A DNA stretch of 64,000 nucleotides from Pyrinomonadaceae bacterium (lineage in GTDB: Bacteria; Acidobacteriota; Blastocatellia; Pyrinomonadales; Pyrinomonadaceae), in NCBI GenBank assembly GCA_041737885.1, contig JBGSQW010000017.1, positions 3,481-67,480 on the forward strand, in the 5' to 3' direction. Below the pieces are notes generated by a model, which saw only the letters and a program-made list of their open reading frames with translations, did no database searches and was not told the DNA's origin. Below, piece by piece: positions 52,887-62,357 of the stretch. How positions within the stretch are numbered: position 1 is the stretch's first letter; the number at the start of each line of letters is the position of its first letter. A program made the translations under genes and the position numbers.

Positions 52887-55800
52887 CTAGAAGCTGAACC
52901 TTGCCTGAAATTCCCCAACCCGGCCTGCCAAAGCTCCCGTTGGAACTCCGAACTGAGCGTTGTCAGCACGAGTGCTGTTGCTGAAAGCGTTGAAGGATGT
53001 GTAGTTTAGGTTATTAAACACATTGAAAAAATTAAACCTAAGATCAAGCTTAGCTTTTTCGCCGAGGAATCCGTTGATCCCGCCCATGTTGATCGACTTC
53101 GCAATTGCTACGTCGACGTTAAAGTATCGCGGGCCACGGAAAACATTTCGGCCTACGCCGGGCTCGTTATTCAGGTAGGAGTTTCCATTCAACGGAGTAA
53201 GGAAGTATCTGCTGCAACCAGTTGGATTGGTTGCAATATTGTTGCATGTCGCCCCTGCAATTAGATTACCCGGAAATTGACCGCCGTTTTCATAGGTTGA
53301 ATTGGAATTGTCCAAGGGAGCGGTTCCATAATATGCACGAGGCCTAATGGTGTTGACGTTAAACGAGGTCGTCGAAAGCTGTACCGATCCACCCGTTACT
53401 GGCGTCCATGGGAAACCGCCACGCCATGTCACGATAGGGCTCAATGACCACCCGGAAAGCAGATCTCCGAATATGTCCTTCCGTCCCTTGAACCAAGATG
53501 GCTCCCAAGTTCCGCTCGCATTAAAGTAATGCGTCACGTCAAAATCCGAAGGCCCTTTTTCCGTTCCATTATCGAACGGATAGGTCTGGTTGGTACAACC
53601 GCACGGCGACTCGACCGAAACGGTATCCAAACTCTTAGAGAATTTGTAGTTGACGTTCACATCAAATGAGTTTGTAAACCTACGCTTGAGCGAGGTTACC
53701 AAACTGTTGTACGACGTGTTTACGTCCGGGCTGGCGAAATACACAAGCCGGAATGTAGGTGCGGCTGAAACGCCCTGATAGATATTATGCAGCGGAAGGA
53801 TCCTGACGAATCGGCTTCCTTTGCTGCCCTGATATCCGGCGGTAGCGACAACCTTCCACGGCATCTCGTACTGAAATTCTGCCGAATAACGATAAACATA
53901 TGCGTTCGGCAGATCCGCTGGCGAGCTGTAAACTTCGATCTGTCCGTTTACCGGTCCGCCATTCGCACCAAAACCGCCACCGATCGTTGGGTTCCTCGGA
54001 TAGCCTGTAATTCCGGTCGTGCTGCCGACGAATTGGATCGTACCCGTCGTTGCCCCCGTGACGCCATTATTCCCGCTGTTTCCACAACAGATGCTGTATC
54101 TGGCTGCATTGGGCGGAACGAAACGGGAATTATTAAACAGAGCACTTGCCAAACGGTCATAGCCAATACCTGCTCCGGCTCGGACGACCATTTTTCCATC
54201 GAAAGCCGCAGGACTCCAGGCAATACCAAGCTGGGGAGCAAAGTTGTTCAGATCCGAGTTTGTGAATTGTTGGACTCTAACGATCTTGGCATCAGCCAAT
54301 CCATTTGTCCCGAGTTCGAGGCGGCCCAATACGTCGTCGCCTCCAGTTTTGATGGGCTGGAAATACTCCCAACGCAACCCGAGATTCACCGTCAGATTCT
54401 GCCTGACCTTCCAGTCAGTCTGGAAAAAGAGGCCTATATTCCCGGCGTTGAACGGAACGTCGTTAGCTCGAGGATTACCTTCTGCATCGGCATTGATCGC
54501 CTGAAACACTGGAGTTCCGTTTGCAAAGTTCCACATCCTGGTAAACGAATACAACGGACGAGCACCACCAGGTGAAGCACCTCGGTTTAGCTCACGACGA
54601 TACTCTGCACCGAATTTGAAGGTTCGATTTCCTGCGACCTTTGTAAGGATGTTGCGGATATCGAACTGACGCTGATTGAACTGTCCCGGCGTCGTATCGC
54701 CCCTTGCACTACCGAAACGAAGACGGTTGCCGTAGATAGCTTCGATTTCGACCCTCGGAAGTCCAAAATTCGACTGTGGATTGGAAGCGACTTCGTCATA
54801 GCCCCATTTCGTAGTATTGAATCGAGCCTCGTTTATCATCGTGCTCGAAATGGTACGGGAATAGACCGCACCGATAAGATAAGTCCTGCGATCCGAGAAA
54901 AAATCTGATCCCGGACGGCTCTGAGCGTTTACGTCGGTTGTAAAGGTGTTGATCGGCGTGACGTTCGTCGTAAAGGAAAACTTGTCCTTCGTCGTCGCCT
55001 GATAGTCGATTCGAGCGTTGTACTGATTTCCCTTGAAGTTGTTCGCGGTGTTAAGGGTTACGTATTGAACGTCTGCTATCCCGTCGAGGCCGCCGCCGAC
55101 CGCATTGGTCGCGTCAGGCACATAGGTTCCGTAGGCTCCCGTGATCGATCCGATATCAAGTCCGTTGCCCACGACCTGACAGTTCGTTCCACCGGTATTG
55201 TAAGGTGCTCCGAGCAGGCTGCACAAAGGAGTCAATACCTGATTGATACGCGGATCGCCGCTCTGCGACACAAGCGAATTTGAAAGCGTTCCAGCTCGTA
55301 AAGATGCAAGTTGCTGTCTGTACGTCGAGGTCTCGACAAACTGAGGCCCCGAGATACCAGTTGCACTTCGTCGCGAACCTTCGTAAGACAAAAAGTAGAA
55401 CAGTTTATCCCTGATCAGCTTGCCGCCGAAGCTTCCGCCATAGGTATTGAATTTATCCTCAACCCGCGTAGGATTAAGGCCCGTCAACCCCGGAACTCCT
55501 GCAAACCCGCGAAAACCGTTGTAGGCGTTGAGGCCCGGGTTATTGATCTTGAGAAAGGCACTACCGCTGTAGCTGTTCGTGCCGTACTTCGTTATGACCT
55601 TGACCTGAGCACCGCTGTTGCGGCCATCTTCGGCAGAGTAGGTGCTGGAGGTCACCTGAACTTCCGAAATACCTTCCTGCGAAGGAGTAATAACTGCCGC
55701 TCCACCCCATGTCTGGCTGTTGACGCTGACGCCGTCGATCTCGAAGTTATTCGAGGTCACACGCTGCCCGTTGGCCGTTACCTGAACCTGGTTCTCAACC

Positions 55801-56396
55801 GCAAAGATCCCGTTGTTCGAAGCTCCGGGACCACTCTGGCTTGAGTTGCCAAGACGTGCCGAAGCACCGCCTGCGGCTCTGGCTCCATCACCGAAAACGC
55901 CGGGAGCAAGACGAACCAAACTATATGGATCGCGTCCGACCTGCGGCAGAGCTAAAAGCTCTTTATTGGTGATGCTACGGCTGAGGTTTGGTGTCTCGGT
56001 ATCGAGGATCGCTGCCTCAGAACCATCGATGGTCACCTCTGCAGAAATATCTCCGGGTTCCAGAGCAACGTCAAATCGTGCCGATGACTCCCCGGCCAGA
56101 ATGGCGTTCTCGACCAGCTTCTTCTTAAAACCATTCTTGGAAACCGTGATCCTGTAGCTGCCCTGCTGGAGACCACTGAACCGGTAAAGGCCGCTGTCGT
56201 TCGACTGCGTCTCTAACCTACTGTTCGTGGCCGGGTTCAATAGGGACACCGTTGCCCCAGGTACTATCGACCCGGTGCTGTCAGTGACAACACCCTGGAT
56301 CGAAGATCCAAATTGTGCGTTCGCTATAGTTGCAAATGTAGCAACTAACGCAAACATGCAAAAGCTCTTCAAAAAGCTAGACATCGCTCGCCGCAT
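52887..56396 (-). CDS. TonB-dependent receptor with carboxypeptidase-regulatory-like domain (paralog 1)
   Basis: GGAGGA lies 4 nt upstream of the ATG at 56396. CarboxypepD_reg (GVVTDSTGSIVPGATVSL...GLYRFSGLQQGSY), plug, barrel ending RFSF. Confidence 0.8.
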   Translation of the reverse strand: MRRAMSSFLKSFCMFALVATFATIANAQFGSSIQGVVTDSTGSIVPGATVSLLNPATNSRLETQSNDSGLYRFSGLQQGSYRITVSKNGFKKKLVENAILAGESSARFDVALEPGDISAEVTIDGSEAAILDTETPNLSRSITNKELLALPQVGRDPYSLVRLAPGVFGDGARAAGGASARLGNSSQSGPGASNNGIFAVENQVQVTANGQRVTSNNFEIDGVSVNSQTWGGAAVITPSQEGISEVQVTSSTYSAEDGRNSGAQVKVITKYGTNSYSGSAFLKINNPGLNAYNGFRGFAGVPGLTGLNPTRVEDKFNTYGGSFGGKLIRDKLFYFLSYEGSRRSATGISGPQFVETSTYRQQLASLRAGTLSNSLVSQSGDPRINQVLTPLCSLLGAPYNTGGTNCQVVGNGLDIGSITGAYGTYVPDATNAVGGGLDGIADVQYVTLNTANNFKGNQYNARIDYQATTKDKFSFTTNVTPINTFTTDVNAQSRPGSDFFSDRRTYLIGAVYSRTISSTMINEARFNTTKWGYDEVASNPQSNFGLPRVEIEAIYGNRLRFGSARGDTTPGQFNQRQFDIRNILTKVAGNRTFKFGAEYRRELNRGASPGGARPLYSFTRMWNFANGTPVFQAINADAEGNPRANDVPFNAGNIGLFFQTDWKVRQNLTVNLGLRWEYFQPIKTGGDDVLGRLELGTNGLADAKIVRVQQFTNSDLNNFAPQLGIAWSPAAFDGKMVVRAGAGIGYDRLASALFNNSRFVPPNAARYSICCGNSGNNGVTGATTGTIQFVGSTTGITGYPRNPTIGGGFGANGGPVNGQIEVYSSPADLPNAYVYRYSAEFQYEMPWKVVATAGYQGSKGSRFVRILPLHNIYQGVSAAPTFRLVYFASPDVNTSYNSLVTSLKRRFTNSFDVNVNYKFSKSLDTVSVESPCGCTNQTYPFDNGTEKGPSDFDVTHYFNASGTWEPSWFKGRKDIFGDLLSGWSLSPIVTWRGGFPWTPVTGGSVQLSTTSFNVNTIRPRAYYGTAPLDNSNSTYENGGQFPGNLIAGATCNNIATNPTGCSRYFLTPLNGNSYLNNEPGVGRNVFRGPRYFNVDVAIAKSINMGGINGFLGEKAKLDLRFNFFNVFNNLNYTSFNAFSNSTRADNAQFGVPTGALAGRVGEFQARFSF

Positions 56397-56500
56397 AGAT
56401 TCCTCCAAACCGATCTAAACTATTTTTAACAGTATACTTCAAACGATAGACGAAATTACCACATCGCTGCCGCGATGCTAGCTGAGTTAGTTTTGCTGAG

Positions 56501-56527
56501 GTAAATCGTTTTACTAAATCGTTTTAG
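56501..56527 (-). promoter_or_regulatory. two tandem LacI-type operators (GTAAATCGTTTTAC and CTAAATCGTTTTAG)
   Basis: 14-bp near-palindromes with central CG at 56501-56514 and 56514-56527, immediately downstream of the predicted -10. Confidence 0.55.
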
Positions 56528-56534
56528 TACTAGT

Positions 56535-56564
56535 TTTATAGCACCGTATAAAATTGAATGTCAA
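56535..56564 (-). promoter_or_regulatory. sigma70-type promoter TTGACA-N18-TATAAA (minus strand)
   Basis: Reverse complement of 56559-56564 is TTGACA. Reverse complement of 56535-56540 is TATAAA. Confidence 0.5.
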
Positions 56565-56598
56565 GAGATAATCAGGCTACCTCTAAGATTTATCTCAC

Positions 56599-56637
56599 AT
56601 AAAAAACCACTAAATTGGACTGACCAATTTAGTGGTT
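56599..56637 (-). terminator. rho-independent terminator of the upstream TBDR; its stem contains TBDR-associated palindrome site B
   Basis: AACCACTAAATTGG (56605-56618) pairs with CCAATTTAGTGGTT (56624-56637), and a T6 run follows on the minus strand. Motif AATTGGACTGACCAATTT at 56613-56630. Confidence 0.7.
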
Positions 56638-56717
56638 ATTTATCAACTAATTAGCTCTGACGGGAACGTGCAATTTACGCACCTTCCCATCAGATATCAC
56701 AACGAGTGATCAGCTCA

Positions 56718-59700
56718 CTAAAAGCTAAATCGAGCTTGCAGTTCCACAACACGTCCTGAGAGGCCGAATGTTGCCCTGCCAAAGTCTGGGTTAGCAAAAT
56801 CCCCATTATTGATGCGCGTGCTATCTGAGGCGAAGCCGAAATTACCTAGGTTGAGTTTGTTAAAGACGTTGAAGGCATTAACCCGAATGTCGAGACTCGT
56901 TTGCTCGCCAGAGCCTATGCCGGAGAAAGCGAATTTTTTGCCGAACGTCATGTCCACCGTGTAATATCGCGGCCCACGGTATCCGTTACGTCCGATCCCG
57001 GGAGGATTGGCGAGAAACGTAGGTTGTCCATTGACTTGGTTTAATGTCGTCAGGAAGATCCGGTTACAACCACCCGGCGTGTTTATACAAACATCACCCG
57101 GTATGAGACTGCCCGTGAAATTCCCGTTCCCGTTCAGAAAGGTGTCGTTCGATGAGTCGTTTCCGGCCTCGCCGAGTAATCTGACCGGACGGAAGGGGCC
57201 GAACGTAGCCCCGCTGGCCGAGCGAATTCCCGGACCGCCCACGACCGGTGTGAAAGGAAAGCCGGTATGGAACGTCAAAATCCCACTGACCTGGAAGCCT
57301 CCCAGCACCGTTTTGGCTAATCGGTTTGTGCTGTTTTTGAAGAACGGCAAGTCGTATAGTCCGAAAAGATTAAAATTGTGCTTCACGTCAAAATCCGACG
57401 GCCCGTATTCTGAATCGTTATCGACAGGATAGGTTTGATTGGTCACAAAACCGGGACCTGCATTTGAGAGATTGTCGAGGCTCTTGGCGAACCGATAGTT
57501 CGCCTGGACCTGAAAACCGTTTGCAAATCGCCGTTCCAACGTGGCCAGCAACGCATTATAATTCGATTTCACATCCGGTGTCGGCAGAAATGCCTGGCTG
57601 ATGTTGGGGTTGACCTCCGCAAAAATGAAGTTCTGATTTACGAGACGAATAAGGTTTTTGTTACGGCTGCCTTGATAACCCAATGTGGCGGTCAGATTGA
57701 AAGGTAGTTGGTACTGCATCTCAAGAGAATAGCGAAAGCTCTGTGCGTTCGGCTGATCCTCAGGCGAACCGTAGATTTCTACCGCACCCGTTCTCGGTAA
57801 TCCTGTCGCCGGGTTGATTCCGCCGCCCAAAACAGGATTCGTCGGAAAACTGCCCGGCGAATTGCTGCTGCCTAGAGCATATAGTATCTGACCACCGACA
57901 AACGGCGTTCCAAAATCGGTCGCGGCCGTTCCGCAACAAATACCGAATCGGCCAAGAAACGGTGGATTGCCTCGAGAATTGATAAATACCACGCTTGGAA
58001 TGCGATTGTATCCAATGCCGAAGCCACCGCGAATAACTCCTTTCCCTTCTAAAAATCCTGGGCTGTATGCAAAACCGATCTGCGGGCCAAAATTGTTCTT
58101 ATCTGATTTATACAGGCGCTCGGTTGCTTGCACAGTCGAGTCTACATAGCCTCGCGGCCCAAAGACCAGATTCGTCTGCTGGCCGAGGCTGTCCCTGATC
58201 GGCGGGAAATATTCGTACCGCAAGCCAAGATTCAGCGTCAGATTCGGCCGAACTTTCCAGTCGTCCTGCACAAAGAAGGCATAGCTATCCGTTCGATACT
58301 TCCGCCCACCATCCGCCGGGGCACCGGTTGCAGGACTAGCATTGATCTCCTCAAAAATCGGCGTGTCATTCGCTAAGTTGAAAAGTCCGACAAAACTGTA
58401 GAGCGGCCGGGCACCGCCAATGATACTCGTGTCGTTAAAGTCGAACCTCAGTTGCGCACCGATCTTTAGAGCATGATTTCCGATGATCCAATTGAACGTA
58501 TCACTAACATCGATGCTTTTCTCTGAAAAAATACCTGGCGTGAATTCGCTTCGGGGTGCACCGAATCTAATTCGATCGAATGGAAGCCCCTCGACCTCGA
58601 TCCGCGGTATACCGAAGTTTCCCAGCGGATTTGATTCAACTTCGTTATAAGAAAAGCCACTGTAATTGACACGAAGTTGATTGAATTTCGTCGCGGATAT
58701 TGTGCGGTTGTAAATTGCCGCCACCGAGAAACTGAGACGGTCCGAGATCAGATCCCCGATCGGACGGCTGCGTCCGCCTACATCGCCCTCTTCTCTTAGC
58801 GTAGGTGTGAAAAAAGTGGAAACCGCGATCGTGTCTCTTGCGGTCGCATTATAGTCGATTCGCGTAAAGTACTGATTCCCGCTAAAGGAATTCGGATTAA
58901 GCAATTCAACGAATTGGATGTCGGGGATGCCATCGAGACCGCCGCCGATATCGGCTCGTCCTACCCCGCCACCTAGCGGTAGATAGACACCCCTCGTTCC
59001 CGTAATCGACCCGATATCCAAGCCGCCCGTAACCGCCTGACATCGATCAGTCCCTAAATTGGCAACTCCCGTCGTGGGCGGAACGGGCGTAGAACTGCTG
59101 CACAACGACGGCAGAACGCTTGAAATGCGCGGCTCGAGACCGGGCGTCGCGAAAACGCGTGCGGTCACGCCGCCGGGCCGAAGTGTACGTACGGCGTTGC
59201 GGTACTGTTCGGTTTCCACAAAGGCTCGAACCGTGTTGTTCGTACTGGTACGCAAACCTTCGTAGGCGAAAAAGAAAAAGAGCTTGTCTTTGCCACTGCT
59301 TGCAACGGGCACACCTTCGCCAAAATTTATAAAGGGTAAAGGACCGCCGAAGCTGCCGCCGAACTGCTGCTGTCGATTCTGCACGCGCTCAGCACGGCCT
59401 GGAAATCGGTTGAATGCATTTAGTCCCGGCTCATTGTGTTTGTAGAATAAGCTGCCGTGATAATCATTTGTCCCGTTCTGGCTTACGACTTTAACGGTAG
59501 CACCTGAATTTCGTCCGTCCTCTGCCGAATAGGACGTTGAGGAAATTGTAACTTCTTTTACCGACTCCTGACTCGGTGTAACGATTGCCCCACCGCCGTT
59601 TGTCTGACTATTGACGCTCACGCCGTCTATCTGAAAATTGTTCGCATCAAGCCTTTGGCCATTCGCTGATATGGGAACCTGATTCTCGGTCTGAAAGACG

Positions 59701-60281
59701 GAGGCATTAGAACCACCAGGTCCAGGTGAATTTGGAAAACCTGTAGAATTACCATTACTACCGCGTGCACCATCACCAAAGATGCCGGGTGTCAAACGAG
59801 CCAGTTCATAAGGATCTCGACCGATCTGCGGCAAACGCAAAACTTCGGCCCGACTTATCGTGTTGTCGATATTTGCGTCTTCGGTTCTCAGTGGCTGAGA
59901 TTCGTTTGTGACCGTAACCGTCTCACTGATGCCGCCGCCAGCTTCGAGGCTTATGTCGAGGCCCTGAACCGTTTCTGCATTGATCGCATATCCCTCAACC
60001 GATTTTTCTTTAAAGTTTGCAATTTTTACCGAGATCTTGTAAATTCCCGGAGCTAACCCGTTGAACCGGTAAAATCCTTCACCACTCGTTACGGTCTCGA
60101 CCTTCCGGTTGGTTTCGTTGCTCGTCAGAGTCACATTTGCCCCAGCAAGAACAGCTCCTGTCGAATCCGAAACAGTTCCCTGTAGAGCCGCCTTAAACTG
60201 GGCATGCCCCGTGGTTGCAAAAATAATGAGAAAAAGAAAACATGAAAAGAGGCTGATAAGCCTTAGGTGAGATCGAAACAT
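56718..60281 (-). CDS. TonB-dependent receptor with carboxypeptidase-regulatory-like domain (paralog 2)
   Basis: ORF trimmed to MFRSHLRL (ATG 60281; GGAGGA 6 nt upstream). Collinear with 52887..56396 (for example QVPISANGQRLDANNFQIDGVSVNSQT versus QVQVTANGQRVTSNNFEIDGVSVNSQT). Confidence 0.8.
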   Translation of the reverse strand: MFRSHLRLISLFSCFLFLIIFATTGHAQFKAALQGTVSDSTGAVLAGANVTLTSNETNRKVETVTSGEGFYRFNGLAPGIYKISVKIANFKEKSVEGYAINAETVQGLDISLEAGGGISETVTVTNESQPLRTEDANIDNTISRAEVLRLPQIGRDPYELARLTPGIFGDGARGSNGNSTGFPNSPGPGGSNASVFQTENQVPISANGQRLDANNFQIDGVSVNSQTNGGGAIVTPSQESVKEVTISSTSYSAEDGRNSGATVKVVSQNGTNDYHGSLFYKHNEPGLNAFNRFPGRAERVQNRQQQFGGSFGGPLPFINFGEGVPVASSGKDKLFFFFAYEGLRTSTNNTVRAFVETEQYRNAVRTLRPGGVTARVFATPGLEPRISSVLPSLCSSSTPVPPTTGVANLGTDRCQAVTGGLDIGSITGTRGVYLPLGGGVGRADIGGGLDGIPDIQFVELLNPNSFSGNQYFTRIDYNATARDTIAVSTFFTPTLREEGDVGGRSRPIGDLISDRLSFSVAAIYNRTISATKFNQLRVNYSGFSYNEVESNPLGNFGIPRIEVEGLPFDRIRFGAPRSEFTPGIFSEKSIDVSDTFNWIIGNHALKIGAQLRFDFNDTSIIGGARPLYSFVGLFNLANDTPIFEEINASPATGAPADGGRKYRTDSYAFFVQDDWKVRPNLTLNLGLRYEYFPPIRDSLGQQTNLVFGPRGYVDSTVQATERLYKSDKNNFGPQIGFAYSPGFLEGKGVIRGGFGIGYNRIPSVVFINSRGNPPFLGRFGICCGTAATDFGTPFVGGQILYALGSSNSPGSFPTNPVLGGGINPATGLPRTGAVEIYGSPEDQPNAQSFRYSLEMQYQLPFNLTATLGYQGSRNKNLIRLVNQNFIFAEVNPNISQAFLPTPDVKSNYNALLATLERRFANGFQVQANYRFAKSLDNLSNAGPGFVTNQTYPVDNDSEYGPSDFDVKHNFNLFGLYDLPFFKNSTNRLAKTVLGGFQVSGILTFHTGFPFTPVVGGPGIRSASGATFGPFRPVRLLGEAGNDSSNDTFLNGNGNFTGSLIPGDVCINTPGGCNRIFLTTLNQVNGQPTFLANPPGIGRNGYRGPRYYTVDMTFGKKFAFSGIGSGEQTSLDIRVNAFNVFNKLNLGNFGFASDSTRINNGDFANPDFGRATFGLSGRVVELQARFSF

Positions 60282-60385
60282 GTAGGTCCTCCTTGATCTT
60301 GGTCTTATCCTCACGCATTCCTGAAAATTCTTTCTCGAATGTCTGAAGACTAACCTGCGGGTGCTTGAAATTAATTTACCTTTTA

Positions 60386-60399
60386 GTAAATCGTTTTAG
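60386..60399 (-). promoter_or_regulatory. LacI-type operator GTAAATCGTTTTAG
   Basis: Same 12-nt core TAAATCGTTTTA as at 56502 and 56515. Lies just downstream of the predicted -10. Confidence 0.55.
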
Positions 60400-60405
60400 T
60401 AATTT

Positions 60406-60435
60406 TATTTAGCACCTGTAAATTCAGCTTGTCAA
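60406..60435 (-). promoter_or_regulatory. sigma70-type promoter TTGACA-N18-TAAATA (minus strand)
   Basis: Reverse complement of 60430-60435 is TTGACA. Reverse complement of 60406-60411 is TAAATA. Same layout as 56535-56564. Confidence 0.5.
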
Positions 60436-60527
60436 CTAAAAAATTCCTAGCGGAAAACGTGATACCGCATAGTCATAGGATTTGTTCAATATTTCCAATA
60501 CTTTGGTGGAATAATCGTCAGCCGAAT

Positions 60528-60545
60528 AATTGGTTTGACCAATTT
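60528..60545. promoter_or_regulatory. TBDR-associated palindrome, site C (AATTGGTTTGACCAATTT)
   Basis: 247-264 nt upstream of the TBDR ATG at 60281 and 64-81 nt upstream of the lacI-family ATG at 60609. Confidence 0.5.
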
Positions 60546-60608
60546 GGGATCTGTGACTCGGAAAAGTGAATTTGAAATTTCGGCTCTGAGTGTGCCAACA
60601 TCTGTGCG

Positions 60609-61679
60609 ATGCCGAAGAACGGAAAAGAAGAGCCAAGACCTAAAAGCGGTCAGCCGCGCAACGGCGATCCCGTGAGTTTGAAAGACCTCGCTCTGCATCT
60701 CGGTCTGTCGCCCACGACCCTTTCTTTAGTGTTAAATGATTCGCCGCAGGCAGTTTCGATCCCGGCGGAGACGAAGAAGCGGATCTTTGATGGGGCTCGC
60801 GAGTTAAATTACCGGCCAAATTATCTGGCACGTTCGCTCAGGGTTCAGAAAACGAACACCATCGGCGTTATCGTACCGGAATTGAGCGACGGCTATTCAG
60901 CCATGGTGCTGAACGGTGTGGAATCCGCTTTATCGACCGCCGAATATTTTTACCTGACAGCAAGCCATCTACACCGCGAAGATCTGCTGGAAAAGCTTCC
61001 TCGCGTTCTTATCGAACGCCAGGTCGAAGGAATAATTGCCGTCGACACTCCGATCAGATTTACGCCAACCTTGCCGATCGTGAATGTTTCGGGCCACGAG
61101 GAGATCGAGGGCGTGACCAACGTTGTCCTCAACCACCAGCACGCCGCCGAACTCGGGATCGGACATCTCTACAACCTCGGACATCGCCGTATCGCGGCTA
61201 TCAAAGGCCAGGACTTCAGCTCAGACACTGTGATCCGCTGGCAGACGATGAATGATGCGGCAAAGAAACGCGGAATTTCACTCGACCCCGCGTTGACGGT
61301 ACAGTTGCAGGGCGATTCGCCGTCACCTGAGATAGGCTACACGGCAATGAAATCGCTGCTCGCGAGCGGCGAGAGATTTACAGCCGTGCTTGCCTTTAAT
61401 GACATTTCGGCGATCGGTGCAATTCGAGCTTTAGAGGAAATGGGGTTACGGGTTCCCGCAGATGTTTCCGTCTTAGGATTTGACGATATTTACGCAGCGG
61501 CATTTCACAACCCGGCGTTGACGACCATTCGGCAGCCGCTTTTTGAAATGGGAAATCTCGCCGCCCGAACCTTGCTCGCAAGACTAAGCGGTGAAAGTAA
61601 CGGTGATGTCCCCAAAACAGTCGGCGTCGAACCAACTATCATCGTGAGGCAGTCGACCTCACGGGTTTCACAGACATGA
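60609..61679 (+). CDS. LacI family transcriptional regulator
   Basis: HTH VSLKDLALHLGLSPTTLSLVLND...ELNYRPNYLARSLR followed by a periplasmic-binding-fold sugar sensor domain. Confidence 0.85.
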   Translation: MPKNGKEEPRPKSGQPRNGDPVSLKDLALHLGLSPTTLSLVLNDSPQAVSIPAETKKRIFDGARELNYRPNYLARSLRVQKTNTIGVIVPELSDGYSAMVLNGVESALSTAEYFYLTASHLHREDLLEKLPRVLIERQVEGIIAVDTPIRFTPTLPIVNVSGHEEIEGVTNVVLNHQHAAELGIGHLYNLGHRRIAAIKGQDFSSDTVIRWQTMNDAAKKRGISLDPALTVQLQGDSPSPEIGYTAMKSLLASGERFTAVLAFNDISAIGAIRALEEMGLRVPADVSVLGFDDIYAAAFHNPALTTIRQPLFEMGNLAARTLLARLSGESNGDVPKTVGVEPTIIVRQSTSRVSQT

Positions 61680-62344
61680 GAAAACTAATATTTGCGTTGA
61701 CTTTATCGATTCTCGCGTCCGCTTTTGCAAGCGGCCAAACAACCTATACCCGCGAGAAGGAATGGGCCCGGGACATGGCCGAGTTTCGTGATATCGACCA
61801 ACGACAAACGCCACCGAAAGATCCGATCGTTTTCACCGGCAGTTCCACGATCCGCATGTGGACGAGCCTTCGTACTGACTTTCCGAAACACAATGTGATC
61901 AACCGTGGATTCGGCGGTTCAAGGCTCGACGATCTTGTATTTTTCGCTCCGAACGTAGTTTTGCCCTACAAACCTAAAATGATCGTCGTCTATTCCGGCG
62001 AAAACGATATCGAGGCAAAGGAATCCGCCGAAAACGCGCTCGAGGATTTCAAGGCTTTCATAGCCTTTCGCGACAAAAATCTGCCCGGGACACCGATCGT
62101 TTTTATTTCGATGAAGCCGAGCATTCTGCGTTGGAGCATCTGGCCGGAGATGAAGCGGGCAAATGAACTTATCAAGAACGAAGCCGCGCGCAGAAAGAAC
62201 GTGAAGTTTGTAGATATTTCCGCAAAAATGCTCGGCCCTAACGGCGAAAAGCCGCCAGCCGACATCTTCCTCGCCGACGGCCTGCACCTAAACGCGAAGG
62301 GCTACGCGATCATTATCGATGCCCTAAGGCCGATCTTGAAATAA
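61676..62344 (+). CDS. SGNH/GDSL hydrolase family protein (secreted esterase)
   Basis: Signal peptide. FTGSSTI block I, GFGG block II, GEND block III, DGLH block V. ATGA overlap with lacI. Confidence 0.7.
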   Translation: MRKLIFALTLSILASAFASGQTTYTREKEWARDMAEFRDIDQRQTPPKDPIVFTGSSTIRMWTSLRTDFPKHNVINRGFGGSRLDDLVFFAPNVVLPYKPKMIVVYSGENDIEAKESAENALEDFKAFIAFRDKNLPGTPIVFISMKPSILRWSIWPEMKRANELIKNEAARRKNVKFVDISAKMLGPNGEKPPADIFLADGLHLNAKGYAIIIDALRPILK

Positions 62345-62357
62345 CGCTGCGTTCGCT

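Noticed and set aside
53787-54575. 262-aa + strand ORF, together with similar long ORFs at 51982..52641, 50705..51250, 62706..63359, 16040..16681, 11212..11814 and 28710..29264
   Set aside because: All are antisense to CDSs with strong family signatures (TBDR, sulfatase, EEP, GH31, M28, sigma, NTF2-like). They are Arg/Ser/Pro-rich and have no start context or motifs.
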